The position numbers and the translations under genes were made by a program. A stretch of DNA of 60,243 bases, filler included, from Sluysia triapertura (Eukaryota): NCBI GenBank assembly GCA_046118255.1. It is 5 parts of 5 records of this genome, joined end to end, with 100 filler letters (N's around TTAATTAATTAA, not from the genome) between each part and the next. Parts side by side here need not be neighbours in the genome. Positions count along the whole stretch, not along the records: positions 24,480 to 35,839 come from JBJNIA010185590.1; positions 35,940 to 48,192 come from JBJNIA010125411.1; 3 more parts are not named here. One strand, written 5' to 3'. Under the pieces are notes generated by a model. The model saw only the letters and a list, made by a program, of their open reading frames with translations, had not been told where the DNA came from and did no database searches. Positions 25,518 to 40,568 of this stretch are shown here, piece by piece. Every line of letters starts with the position of its first letter. Position 1 is the stretch's first letter.

Positions 25518-25827
25518 AAAAAAACATGCATTAATATATATAGTGTTTAAAACTGTTCCCTATTTAGGGAAGGAAGGTCTTTTTTTCATTTTCACTATAG
25601 AATCAGGGATTTCTCTGTGGATTTGTGTCTTCGCCGTGGTATTAAGGAGTTTCACCATAGTCCTTTAGACCTTCACTGTAGACTTACGAAGCTTCGCTAC
25701 AGACTTGTTGTCTTCTCCATAGACGTGTTTACTTCACTGTAGTTTATAACTATAGTCTTTTTAATCTTCACCACAGACTTATTTGGTTCTGCTGTGGACT
25801 GGTGAAGGATTTTTTAAGGTCATAATT

Positions 25828-26240
25828 GTTTTATTTTTCTTTTTTATATGTAATTATATGTATATGTTATCATAATTGCAGGACGTGGTCTCGATACGCA
25901 TTGGCTGATGACTCGACATCCAGTCTCAGACATTGTTTTGCCAGTGTATTGATTTCGTCTCTGCGGAAGCCTCGTGATTTGAGTAATGGTTCCTTGTCAT
26001 TATCCCATGATCCCAGAACGCCAACAATAAACGTATCCAGAGAGACCTTGCATTGGACTTGCGATTGTAACTTCTCTCGCAGGTCTCATATTGGATGTGT
26101 TGGTGGACCGAGCAATTTCACAGTTTTTCATTAGGTCTATTGGTGTTTTGACGTCGAAGAGGAGGTGCTTTTGGCTTGTGTAGCGGTCGCCGAGGATTAT
26201 TTATTATTGGTGTGGGCTAGTCTTTGATGACAGAGAAGCC
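25828..26240 (-). mobile_element. 3' fragment of a non-LTR retrotransposon with restriction-like endonuclease (R2/NeSL group)
   Basis: With frameshifts reads HLLFDVKTPID...ARSTNTS.YE..REKLQSQVQCKVSLDTFIVGVLGSWDNDKEPLLKSRGF...LAKQCLRLDVESSANAYRDHVLQL* (stop 25870-25872), followed by an A-rich tail. Confidence 0.85.
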
Positions 26241-29200
26241 TCTGCGGGTCATCATTTCAATAGATGGATTACATATGAAACAACAACAGTGAATAATTTT
26301 ACTGTCAAATGAAAGAAACAGTTCCGAATAAAGATCAATTAATTCAATTAATACACTAAATTAAAATTTAAAAAACTTAAATGTATATGTGGTTTATGTT
26401 TGTATAAAATAAACAAATTATCAAATATGTCGTTTGCTTATAATATAGTATTGTATTATGATATAATAATGTATAATAATAATTTATACAATAATTTATA
26501 AAATAAATCATTCATTATAATATTTCTGAAAATATAAATGTTCAACTTTTCTAAGCTTGAATCAATTATAAAAATTATTAAATTTACGGCTTCGCCTGTG
26601 ACACACGGTTTATATTGCGTGAAAGACGTGCTCATAGGATTTTTGTTGAAGAGTGCTGCGTGGAAGAGTTCCTTACTACTTGAATGCAACTTCTTAAATG
26701 CTAATATGTATTTGTGACTTTATAATATTTTTACAATTTTAACGCAACAAATTTAAAACTACAAAATTGTCAATAATTATTCAATCAAGATTTAACTACA
26801 AAATTATTACAAATTAATTACTCAAAATAACTCAAGAGAATATTCTTTAAATATTTAAATATTCTTTAAAAACAATAATAAATTATACAGTGTTTATAAC
26901 AAATATAAATATATAAATATAAAACACTCAGGATTTCTCCAGGATAAAATAAACTTGGGATTTTTATTAAGATTTTGACTCTGGCGATTGCTTGAGTTTT
27001 CAAAGAATTAATGATTTTAAGTAGATTTTAAGGCAAGTTATTTATGCCAAAACCTTACAAAATTTAACATACTTATTCAGGGAAACGAGTAGTTTTGAGC
27101 GATTGCTAAGTTCCAAATATATCTGTTGCTGATTCAAATATCTGCAATCAATCCACGTATCCAAACGAATTTATAAAAATCGTAAATCACGTTACTATTG
27201 TTATGGAATTCCTATTATAGTTTTTTGGTCTTTTATATGCTTTCTTTCGCCACCATGAATAAGAATGACAAACGAATAATTATTAGATTTTAATTAATTA
27301 CGATAAACATTTTATAATTTTAATCTTTGATCATTGCATAAATATAAACAATTTTTTAACTCTCATTAAATAACGTAAATATTTAATTTTCTGATTAATA
27401 ATTTAATTACCTTTTATTATATTTCGAAGTTTAAAATTAATTAATATTATTTACAATAATATATTTTATTCAACAATTTAATTAAACAAGTTTCTTTAAA
27501 AAATTCTAATAAATTAACAATTTTCATTATTAACAAAAATTTCTTTCTGAATTTACATTATTTACAGTACAATAAAATTTGTCTTTGTTCAACCAAGAAA
27601 TATGAACATTGTCGATAAATCACTTAACAAATTTATTAATTTATATATCTATTTTTTAGAAAAAGATTTCTTCAGATTCTTTATTATCATCGTCGTGTAC
27701 TTAAAAACACATAATTGTGTAAACAATGTAGAAAACATTATTCTCTTTCTACAGGATCAAATAACAATTATTTTAAAAATTTGTAATTGCACCTTTCAAA
27801 CCCGATTTTACAAATATCATAGCGTATAATAAATTTAACGCTTTAAGTTATATGTTCATAATTCATTACATTATTTTTGACCTCATTAACTTAAAATATT
27901 ATAACTTAGTATATCGTTATACAAATTTATGAATGATTTAATTAAAGTTAATTAATATAAAATTAACTTACTAACTTATTAATTTCACATTATTGCATAT
28001 ACTAAACATAGAATGTACAAAATTATGTCTAAAATTTTCACCCTAATGGAAATGTAATTAAATACCTTCAACATATTTTACGTTAAAATTTCCTCTACAA
28101 AATAAATATAAAAATCAAATTACGCGCTTAATTATTGTCAATATAAATGATTTAAACAAAATATATAATTATAAAAACGTATTAACTAGACTAAAAACAT
28201 AAACATTTGCTTTTATATTGGATTTGTTTGGTCCACGCATAAATTACCAGTTCTGATTAAAAATCAAATGATACAGAAATTGTAACTTGTACTATGTATT
28301 GAAAATGAAAATTATGCATAGAAAAAATTAAAATACTTATCTAAACTCAATGTTTCATAAGAATATTTCATTAATTTAAATAACTTAATTAACTTTTTCT
28401 ATAGAAAACATTTAATTTCAAATAATTTGTACTCAAAGACTTAAATATTGAAATTTCGTTTAACTAAAAACTTATGCTATACTATTTACATATCTTGGGA
28501 AAACAAATGCTTACTTGTCACTGTTTTGATTTCTTTTGTAATACATAGACTTTACTATCTTCAATTGCAGTATTGATTGTGATAATTTAAATAATATTAA
28601 CTCGGCAGCTTTAAGCACTTTATACTCAGTATGCTTGAAAACCAGAATCTGTGATAAATTTATTTCAATTTAACAATAAAAAAAATATTAAAAATTAAAA
28701 TTCCAACATTGGTGTAACTGTAACTTTATAATTACGTATTGCAGAAAAATCGGATCGCCAAGTTTATTTTTGCCAAATCAAACATAATGTTCATGAATTA
28801 ACGTGAAAAATTTTTAAATATTAAATAAAATTATTTAAATGACTTCTTTTATAATTATAAATTAATATTATCTATAATTTATCTACATTATGTAGGAACC
28901 AAATTAGATTTTAATTATTCTAAACAATGTAGTGGAATTATTTTAAATACACAATATATTTCAATAGAATTTAAAATTAGGGTAATATTTACTTTATCAT
29001 AAGAAAGTAAAGGAAACAAAACAAATGCGGTGATATATTATATCTTGATTATATTAATAATAATAATAGTAATAATAATAAGAATAATAATATTAAGAAT
29101 AGTAATAGTAATAAGAATAGTAATAATAATAATGTACATTACATATCCATTTTCAATACACAAGACAAAATTGTAAAGGCATTCATATCGATAAACATCT

Positions 29201-32200
29201 TAAAGTGACTTTCAGAAATATATTTTACTTGCTAAAAATGTATGTACAAACATTAATTATATTGTAATATACAAAACAAACTCTAATAATATACATGATA
29301 AAAAACAATTGTTCACAGAATCATTTTAAATTATAATAACCAATGAAAATTAAAATTAATTTTTATTCAATCATTTTGTTATTTTCTTTAATTCACTTAA
29401 AAACACTTGTTCTAATCGTTGAACAGAATCACGATCAACACTATTTGAATCAAGATAACTAGAACAATTGCTAAATATTCTCTGTAGGTCAATTTTGAAG
29501 GAACCAAGAGTTTTGTATTTCGAATTTTCTAATTTTGATTTTGCAGTTATTAAATCTAAAATAAAAAATTTAGATAAATACGTTTATCATATGCATTTTT
29601 TGATTTATAAAAATGTTAATGATGATATTTGCAGACTTAAAATAAAATAAACCAAAAGCTTTAATTATATAAACTAAAATTAATTAATGTTACTTGATAA
29701 TAATAAATTTAATAATAAAATAAAATAATAAATTTAATTTGGAAACCCGTAATTCTCTTAGTTCATATATCCTGCAACAATATTTATACAGTTGTTTTGC
29801 AATAATTTTAAATTATTACTTTAGATATTAAAATCATTGTTTCTTTTTATCAGTTAACTTTAAAAATGATATATTATTTATATACTGGAAGTGAGTTATG
29901 AATTCGTCTTTGTTTGTAGAAATGGAAACATAAATCTTAGTATTTACGAAAATGTTTTAGTTTTATATTCATTTTATTTTAAATGATAAAATAATTTTAG
30001 TATAAAATCATTCTTATAAAATTATTCTCGTAACCTCTCATGATATAGAAGCTTTGTTCCATAGTTAATTAAATGTAGTTTAAAATAAAACAGTTCGATA
30101 AAGTTTATACTGAATATTTGCTAAATGTAAAAAATATAAATAACTAGCAGTAGTTAACCAAATTTAAATTATTTACGTTATATTTTTTATTGTCATTTAA
30201 TAAGAGTTTGGATTATGTGTGGATTTGTTTGTAGATGATGTTCTCAAAGATTTCTAAAAAAATTCTTAACCAGTACTGTCCAACAGAGATGCCATGTTGT
30301 TAACAGCCAATTGAAGTATAAAAATTTATGTTATGATCTTTTAAATAAAGAATTTATCCTTTTTTCATAGAAGTCCCAGATTTGAAACAATTTGGTCGTT
30401 TGGTTGTATCATTATTAAAGATGATGACCACGTGGAAAACATTTTATGTATATCTGTCAAATTTCTAAACATACATGGGAAACCATAATTTATTATGTTG
30501 AAAAGCATTCGCAATAACTCATAATTATAATCACAAATTTTAATATACAGATTTAGAACAAAAGTCAAAACTATAAATTCTAAGGTTATAATTTATCCTT
30601 TTCTTATTATTATTATTACTGGCTTCTGAAATTGGCTACACTATGTGATCATGTGTCAATAGTAATACCATTGCGGTGCAATATCCTTCTTCGTAAGGGT
30701 AATTGAATTTTTCACAGCTTCTAATAAGATTCCTTGCATTACGTTTAAGCAGTGGTATTCGCCGTAGTATGACTTCGTGAAGATATTTTGTAACTTCATT
30801 AGAGAGATGTCTCTTTTCTCGGCATTTCTTACTTTTGAGTATCATAAATGGTTAAATTGTAGATAATATTATAGAATTAGATGTCTTAATTTACAAGTAA
30901 CTTTAGATCATTTTACTATTCCTTATACAAATGAATAAGAGATATATGAAATGTCTATTGAGTTTTTTCAAATATTGAGTTGCGATTTGAAATAGTTAAA
31001 ATAGTTTCTTAAAATTAACTATCTTTTTTGATCAGGTTTGCAATTAGTAACTAATATGTAATAATCTCTAGAAATTTCAATTTGTAAGGATAAATCAGTA
31101 TAACTATTCGTATGAACTGTTACTTCAGACGATTTTAAAGCGAACGTATACTTTTTTTTATCATGTTAAGCGCATTAGTACATATTGTGAGTTAATAAGA
31201 CAATATTCAAATTAATCCTCTGAGTGGCGCATTCATTTGACCGCAGTTGTTTTACCAATAATTTCACTATGCGAAGGTTTGTTCCGTGTATGAAATAAAT
31301 TTTCCAAATAAAGTTTTGATTAAGCTCATCAAAATCAATGAATGAAGAGAAGCAACATTAACATTATAATGTTGAATAAATGTTCTTGCATTAAAAGAGA
31401 TGTGTAATTAAGTTTGAATCAGTAATTATCACTCAGTAGCAGGCTTCAAATGTGTGATTTACGCATATAAGTGTAAGTTTAGGTCTCCCGATACCATAAA
31501 GGTTTATAATGGAGTAATACACTATATTTATTATTCAAGGAAATATAAAATGAATCTATTGCTTAGAAAGCGAATGGGTTTCATCGTGTGTTTCCGATTT
31601 GCAAGTTTCAGATAAACTACTAATTTAATTTAAACAAAAATTAATTTAGATTTTAAACTGTTGAGTACAAATTCACATCTGCACTTCATAATAATTACTA
31701 TAGCAAACACATTTTATTATTTTTTATTTTAAAACGAAAGTTCTAAAAGAACTTCTTTGTTTGTTATTCTTTCTATCGGTGAATATTAAAATTACGCTTT
31801 TTCAACACAATTTCCGCTTATGCAAAATCCGTCTATTTTTTGTATAACTACCAACTGCGATTTGATATTTGATGGTTTCTCTTTACACTTCGAATACATT
31901 ATTCTATATATACTTATTAATGAATCAAGTAAACAAGTGATTCTGATCTGTAATATTGATCTTGTTTACCAAAACTAATCATTCGTTCAAGTATTTGAAA
32001 ATCTTGATTTATTCTTTTGTGTTACTTGATTCTGCCGCAAAATTTGCATCTTGTCCTTTATTAATTATTAATTCACAAAACTTATACAATGTAGCTTTTA
32101 TAATATTTGACGCAGTTACCACTTAAAGAATTTTTCTGTAAGATCTATCTTTCATTTTCACTTCCCGTTTTAGATGGGTATACACTTTCATCCAAAATTC

Positions 32201-33789
32201 ATAATGGACAAGCAGATTCGATAACCGTTTCTTCCTTTTAAATAAATTTCTAATTTCTTCTAATGTTTTTTAAAGACTAAAATTTTTTCCAATCGCTTTT
32301 CTCCAAATACACCTTGTGTATTTTCTATTATGTATGATATAAAGATCCTATTTCATTATACTCTGAAGTAAAATCTAGGCATTTTCTTTTAGCTTTTAAA
32401 TTTAGATTAAGTGGACAATTCATCGAAATTATCAATTTCTGTATTTGAGCCATAATAATTGTAATTATGTTTTCTTTCTTTTCTTTAATATTTGTAACTA
32501 ATTTATTTTTTTACATGGTTTTATCTTTCTGATAATTTACACCATTACACGCAGACACGAACTTAAATCAATTAAGTTTTACTTAAATTATGTTTCAACT
32601 AAGGAACTGTGTGTGTAAAGGTATATGTAAAACTTTATACGGTTTACAAAATAATCGAGTTTCTAAACGTTCACACTTTAGCCACGAAATTTTAAAAAAA
32701 TTAAATATTACTTTAAATATTAAAATTATTTGGATTAGACTTTTATGATTCTTTTTATCACTATATTAAACCGTCTAGTTTTAAAAAGTGATGCACGTTT
32801 TATATTGTATAATTAGTATTTATATCACAGATGACTTTGAAACTAAGTTAGATCCAAATTTTTATATTAGATCTGCTTTTATATTAGACTGCTTTTAGTT
32901 CTAATTAATAATATGTACTTTTGGAAATGGAGAGCCAAATTTCATGTAAAACCAAAAATGATCCATCCAACAAGTCACATAAATGTACTGACGTTATACA
33001 TTTTCATTACTTTCGAATTATTATTTGTTGGATTCTCAAACAGTTCTTGGTCGAGTAAGAATTTTGAATTTGTGACAACTATTGAAGGCACAGATAAACA
33101 TCCTAATCTGATATTCTATCAACAAACATTAGCTACTTCTCATTTTGATAAATCCTTTAACAGCAACGTACATTGTAGGATCTTAAGTTTGGGCTATCAG
33201 TTCAACTTAACAAATGCGATAAGTTTCATCTTAGTTTATTAATTATATTGTTTCAGTCCTTAAAGCGATTTGTAATTTAAAAATTTTTAAATCTTTTGAT
33301 AAATATATGGACCTTAAGTTCCATTTTAATCTTACTATAATTAACTGTAGTAGGTACACGTTAACAAAATAAAATTCAATATATAATAAAAATATTTGTA
33401 ATTTGGTGTTTTAAACATTGATAAATCATATTTTATTTTATTTAATTTACTCGAATTAAATGAATGTTAAAGTAATTCAAACGATATTGTTCATATAACT
33501 GTTCGTTTAACAAATATTATTATTTAATTATTGTTAATCCAACAATCTAGTCAAATTAACTTGCGATGTTAAAAGTGAAAAATCACATTATGCAGTATTT
33601 TCCACTGATGTTATACTATGACAATAACTGCTTCACTTCAATTCTTTACTTAATTTCAGTTACATGTCCAATTTATTTTATGAGTTACATATATAATTAA
33701 ATAAACTAAAAGCTTATTCATATCTCTTTATAAACAATATTTGGCTGTTGAAGTACATCCAGGCAACTGAATATTTAACGAATATATTG

Positions 33790-34400
33790 ATTTGACCCGA
33801 TACAACGCCTTATATAATTGCAAAAACGAGAAAATCCAGTTGAATTCCAATTTTGTTTGCTATTGATATTTGTTGTCATTGAAAAAATCGATTAGGAAAC
33901 TGCTTTAGCTGAAATTTAAAGGGAAACAAATAATTCTTGGTTCACATTTAATTTTTCTTCAAACCTTGCAGTAACTTCACAATCTATAATGTCCGAAAAC
34001 ATTGAAAAGAACTACACACAAGGCCACTTTTATATCTAAATTCTTAAGAACATTACAATAGCTCCAGTTCATGTGGAGGCAAACCACTGCTTAAAAGTAT
34101 TTAAAAATTCTGTGGTATATTCCTCTACGACTTCTCCAGGAACAAATTACTTTACAAACGTCAATTCTCCAGGAAATTTTTGAATAATTATTATTATTTA
34201 ACATGTTAACTTTATCATTTGTCGATCGTGCATTACATTGAATTGCATCACTAAATATATATATTTGATTATGCTCAATGTTTTTAATAAAGTTGTAAGC
34301 TTTTTATTCCAGCGGTACTTCCGTTAATTCGTGTTCCCCATTTGCTAATTAGGTTTGGTAAGTTTCACCCCATGTTCTGGACATGTTTTTCGTTTTCATT
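33790..34400 (-). mobile_element. Decayed Helitron PIF1-type helicase C-terminal fragment
   Basis: Frameshifted motifs TNDKVNMLNN..KFPGE, EEYTTEFLNT..SGLPPHEL.GAIVM.LRNLDIKSGL, PFKFQLKQFP, QLYKALYRV. Confidence 0.85.
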
Positions 34401-35058
34401 TATTCTCTTCTTAAAAATAATGCCTTTTTGGATATTTTATTTATTTCTTAAATTCAGAGTTTTAAAACTATTACTTTGAATCTATTGAGTTTACTAGCAG
34501 GTTCTAGTTTTATTGAGTTTATTTTAAATTATAAAATTATTCTCAGTTTAATATTTCTGATTTAAAAGAAACACAATGTGAATTAAGTCATTTTGTGGTG
34601 AAATGAGAAAAAGTAACAAAATAAAACAAAATAAATAACCATGATAAGCATTATGTTTCAATAAATTAAAGTAATATTAACTTGTTTAGTTTTATTAAAT
34701 TCATATGTAATACATTAAAATATAAAAAATTACGCATGTATATTTATTACATATGAAATTTAATAAGTCTTAACAAATTAATTTTTACTGGATAGTTACA
34801 ATTATAAATTAGTTTTTGTCACAAAAGTCACAATGTATATAAATACTTTTGATTATTTCCTAAATAATTCACGTCTATTTTAAATCTAACGATTAATAAC
34901 GAATAAATGCTAAAATAACGTTTTTGCTAATGTAGTAATGGTAATCAAATTTTAATATAAAAGTGAAATTTATAAAAACAATCCAATTTTGGTAAATATA
35001 ATGTTATATTTAAAGAAAATAGTAAATTAGAATTATTCAAAAGCTCAGTGAAACTTAC

Positions 35059-35137
35059 CGATTGGATTTTTAAAGATACTTTGGTACTTAGGATCTTTCC
35101 TTGAATTTCTGAGTATACTTATTGCATCTGGGCTTTT
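35059..35137 (-). CDS. Possible isolated coding exon of an unknown gene
   Basis: tttag|KSPDAISILRNSRKDPKYQSIFKNPI(G)|gtaagt; open frame with good splice signals, but no recognised homology. Confidence 0.3.
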
Positions 35138-38100
35138 CTAAACATAAATATTCTCATATTTAATGTTAATAATTAGGTGAATATATGTAAACTAAAAATT
35201 GTAGAAATTCTAACTTTATAATATTCTAATTTTATAATATTAAAAGTAACTCAAACTGATTAGTTGATTTGGGTGAATCAGCACCATCTCTTAGAGTAAT
35301 TAGTCAATTAAGTAAAATTCAATTAAACAAAATATAATTAAATATAACAAGTGGGTTCCAATGAATTAAAATATTTTCGTTTTTCATTACTTGTAAGAAA
35401 TAAAACCCCATAAATTTTTCAAAAAAATACAAAACTAAATATATATTCATAACTTTCTTACTAAAATCAGAAGTAAATGAAATAAAATATAGACAAGACA
35501 GACTTAATTGGCAAGCCCATAAACGACACACCAGAGGAACGAAAAAAATACATAATTTTGTTGAAATATGAAATGAATATTAATAAATACAAACGCAATT
35601 ATAAAAATGGTTTATAATGTATCCAAACCAATATTATAAAAGAAAATTAAATAATATATAGATAAATTTTGTCATTTCATTGCATACTAAAAATTCTAAC
35701 TATATATTTTAATTATTTTAAAATATAAATTTTGACTGTAAAGTTTATCATTATTAAGTTGCACAAAATTATTTATTTTCGATTAATATGAAACTACAAC
35801 ATTAATAGGATTGCAATATTTTATCAATCAAATCAGTTTNNNNNNNNNNNNNNNNNNNNNNNNNNNNNNNNNNNNNNNNNNNNTTAATTAATTAANNNNN
35901 NNNNNNNNNNNNNNNNNNNNNNNNNNNNNNNNNNNNNNNCCCGTCTAACAATTTCATTTTTAATATATTCAATTATACTACTTGGCACTTTTTAGGCCTT
36001 TTGCCCCAACAATTATAATTATTATTTTTTATTGATGCATTCATCGAAAAACTTTATATCCAAATAATTTTTATTACAAGTCCAGCTACAGCTTGTTGAA
36101 TATTAAATAATTTAAAATTAATAAAAATCAACGTTGTATGCTTTTTAAATCCATTTATTATTCGATGTACTTGCTAATTGTGACTCGAATATTATTTCCT
36201 CTCAAACATTCCATAAAGTAGTCAAAGAATGTATTATGATCTGTTAAGAATACGATAATAATAATGTTAAAAATAATAATAAAATCCGAATATAACAACA
36301 ATAATAATTTAGGAAAATAATATAAATAAACTAAATGATAGTGCAAAAATAATAATAATAATAATAATAATCTTAAAATAATAATATTAAATTTAGAATA
36401 ATTGCAATAATATTAAAACAACAACAATAATAATCTTTAATTTTAACTGTTGGTAATACGTCATTTTTTATTCGAAATCCAGTAGCCGCTGACGTAGTAG
36501 TACATTTTTTGACAGAATAACTTTGCTTGTGTTGCCATAAAATAGTCGATTAAGAATTTTTAGTGGCCAGTTACGAGTTAAAAAGAAAAAATATATAAAG
36601 CTCATAAAAACATGCAGGAAAAATAATAAATGTTCTTTTACCGAAATATAACAATTGCACAAAATGATCAATCATCTAGCTATTGATATTACGAAAAAAG
36701 ATATGAGGCAAACTACAAACAGTCGAGAACAACTTGATAAAACATTTATTATCGAAATAATTAATGTCCATCGTTGTAGAACCAATAACTAAAAAATATC
36801 TTCGCTGACGTTAGTTTAATATATTTTAAACAATCATGATTTGGCCTTTTCATAAATTGAAATTGTAATAAAGTTTGTCTTTCTCCATTTCAATTATAAG
36901 TAACTTTAAATTGGCGAATGTTTTGTTGATAATCAGGGTTATTATCAGAAACGATTTCGAGATTCAGTGCATTTTGGCCAATTAAATCGTCTCATGTGGC
37001 TAGAAGTGAATACTTATGTGATGTTTCAACGATTTATCACGATTATATTATATCATCTACACCACATACGTACGCAAAAACCTCATCTTAAACACATAAA
37101 TAATGTACTTCAGGTAACACACATCAATTTCCAAATCTCCATTATTAAACATTAACTTTATAAAAATCTTAAATAAAACTTATTACCAAACTTCAACTTC
37201 AGAAATAGTAAAATTATTTATAAAACGAATAAATATATTAACATTATATGATCTCAATTTTTGTAAACAACAATATTGTATTATATTGTAAGCAATTATT
37301 TGGTCTATTGAATTAATTAAGAATTTTTATATTATATTTTTTAAAAAAGATTATTTATTGATTAATAGTAATTCTCCCCAAAAACTCAAACTATCACTGC
37401 ACACGTTTCAATTTTTTTAATTCAGAATTCAATTTCGCAAAATAAATCGATATTTGTTTTTCAACACCGATTTAAACACGGTGATAAAATAAATGTTTTA
37501 TGAATCCAATTTAAAAAAGTATTGTAAAATCAAAATACAATTAAACCTCATCTACAGAAGGAAAGTGGATTAACTAAAATGTTTATAGACACAAACTAAA
37601 TGAAGTTTAATTTTGTATGTGGGATCATGTTTACTCGCCATGATTTAAACCTTTGAGTTATTTTGCGTTATCAAATTAATAGTTATTTGCATATAAACTT
37701 AAGTTTATTTTAATCTCTGAAATCTTGTTTTTATTTCTTTCGATTTAGTAAATCTTGTGAATGAGCCATTAATTGTTTAAGTCTCGAAACACAGATGTAC
37801 ACAATAATTTCTTTTATTTATTTTTGAATTTTAAATGTCTATTTTGAGGTTTCTATTATATTAAGATTATTGATCGTTTTCAGATTTAATTAAAAATTGA
37901 TTATTTTCTGATTTAACATAATTACCGCACAATATGATCACAGAGTGAAAGCGCAATTTTACATTCTACCATTAGAGTTTATTAATTTAAAATATAATTT
38001 ATTGTTCAATTATTTTCGGGTAATATTTGTCATTTTATTTTAGCAGATAGATATGTCAACCACAATTCTCTAAATTAATTTTAAAAATTAGAACGTTTAA

Positions 38101-38439
38101 TTATGATATAATAAACTATAGTAAAAGCATTAAAATAATAATAATTTGCCGAAAAGTGTAATAATAATAATAATAATATTATTTTTTTTAAATCAAAATC
38201 GTTAAAATTCTGAAAATATATTAAGAAATTTTTAACCGACAATTATTGGCGTCTAAGGACAAATAAATTTTAACGGATCATTTTTGGTGTCAACGAAGCA
38301 GATAAATATTTGTGCGTAATTTCGGTGCACTAAACAATTACACGTTGCACGTTAGATTTTATTTCATTAGTTTTAATATCCTTAAGTGATATCTGCGAAA
38401 AAACTTTAGACTTAACTTTGTAAGTTTAAATGTTATATT

Positions 38440-39245
38440 GTGAGTACCCTATGATGTTGGGCTTACACAATTAAGTGCCAACTTTAGGTGTCAGCAAAAG
38501 AATAATGTTGCAAATTTGTTTAAATGATTTAAATCCACTGTATAGCGAGTTTTGTTTTTGATAATTTATTTTGGATCTAAATTGAACAGATATAAATGTA
38601 AATTTTAATTATTATATGTATGTGAAGAAAAATAAAGATTTGGATTTAAAAGTAAAAGAAAACTTTTATGGGTTAATCTGATGTGAGGTTTTAAATTGTA
38701 TCTATTAATGTCAGTTGATGTTATTTTACTGAGGTTCCTTATTAAATAGAACCTGTGAAATTTGGTTTGATTTTAAGGTGAAATTTAAATTTATTTTTAT
38801 TATGGTTATATTGCTAAGGTCCTTCATTGGTTAATTGGTTAAATCAAATTGGTTAATTTTTAAAACGTATATTAGTTTACACAGATTCCCTATTTAAACG
38901 GAATCTTTAGAAATTTAATTAGATTTTTCTGTGGTTTCTAAATTATTAACAAAAGATATTGATAACCATTTTTCTTCGGTTCTTTAAAATGAACCTAGTG
39001 ACTCAATTATTTTTAAATTTAGATAAAAATAATAAACAAAACAATGTATTAATATGGTACTAAATAATAGTAATATTAATAATAATTTAGAGAGGATTAT
39101 CTTTGACTGATAATCTTAAATGACTAAGAATTTAAATTGATTTTTCTTTGTTAACAAAGTAAATGCTAAACAAAATGTTTAAGTAAAATTTACTCTGTAA
39201 TAATAAATAATTGCGTGATACTTATATGAATAAGACTAACGAAGT
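38440..39245 (-). repeat. Diverged unit carrying the conserved hairpin motif (copy D, 38440-38488)
   Basis: Motif plus end block ttgcgtgatactt...gactaacg at ~39211-39241, matching the F/G ends; left boundary unresolved. Confidence 0.55.
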
Positions 39246-40568
39246 TTTAAATAATGTTTCGTTTTTTCAGTGCTAAATTTTTCTCAAATATAAGCCTTCG
39301 CCAAAGATTTTAAATCGTATGAATAAATTTAGAATTAAAAATTTTGGCTTTTAATAAATTATTTAATAAAATATTTTAATTTAAACAAAATTAATATTCC
39401 AATAATTCAATATTTCGTTAGTTTAATCATTTTTTGTTTAATTTATACAATAGAATGTTAATAATAATTTTTTTAATTTATAAATATAAAATAACTTACA
39501 TTAGTCAAATCAATAATCCAAAATCATAATTATAATTTATAACTGTTCATAAATAAACATACTTTATAAATTTACACATAATAATCGATCAATAAACACA
39601 CAGTCATTATTTGCAGTCTATAATTTGCACGAACAAGTTTACATTTTATTACGTTTTTTTTTGTAAGTATATTACAGTTATAAAGTTTGATTAATTTACC
39701 TAAAAAGAAATGGTAACTTATTGTTCTGAAGACTTTATTAGAATTTATTTATTTAAATATAAAATTAATCAATACCCCAGTTACAAAGTTTTATTAAACA
39801 ATAAACAATTTTCAATAAATATTAAAAATATGGAAAATAATAAATAAAAAGAATACAACTCGTAGTATAATATCGTGTTAATTTATTTAATAATAATAAT
39901 CCTTTATTGATAATAATTTAATGAAAATTTAAAGTATGGATTTTACTTGTGTAATTAAACTATACTAAAAATTATGTTAAATATCAATTTTAGAATATGT
40001 TAACTTTCTTTTTCAAATCTTTTAAACTAACGAAGTAAATTCATTCTTCTACAAATCACAATTGAGGTCTAATAAATAATAATAATCCGTGCTTGAACAA
40101 CTAATGATTAGAGAGTAAATAATTTTGCTAATGTTCTTTGCTAACAATTTTTTGTGCTTATACAGTTAATTTGAAACAAATTTTTTGTGTAGATCTAATA
40201 ATAATAATGATAATAATCAATAGTACTTTAGTTTTTAATAATAATAATAATGTCAATTAATAATAATAATAATAAATAAATAAACAACTATTTAAAATTA
40301 ATAAATAATTTCATATTATTATTTTACAAAATTATTATATTGTTACTTTACATGTAAATTAATATTTTTCAAAGTTTTTACAGATAACATATCTAAAATG
40401 ACTAAAAATCATTGTAGCAAACTTAAGAGAGTCAGAATTTCTTGTAATAGTTACAAAAAGAGTTAATAGTTAATTTCATATTAAGATAATAGTACTAGTA
40501 ACCCATTAATTTAAATTAAGTAAGGAACCTTCATAAATTTCGACATTTTGCATTCTTTGATTAAAAAT

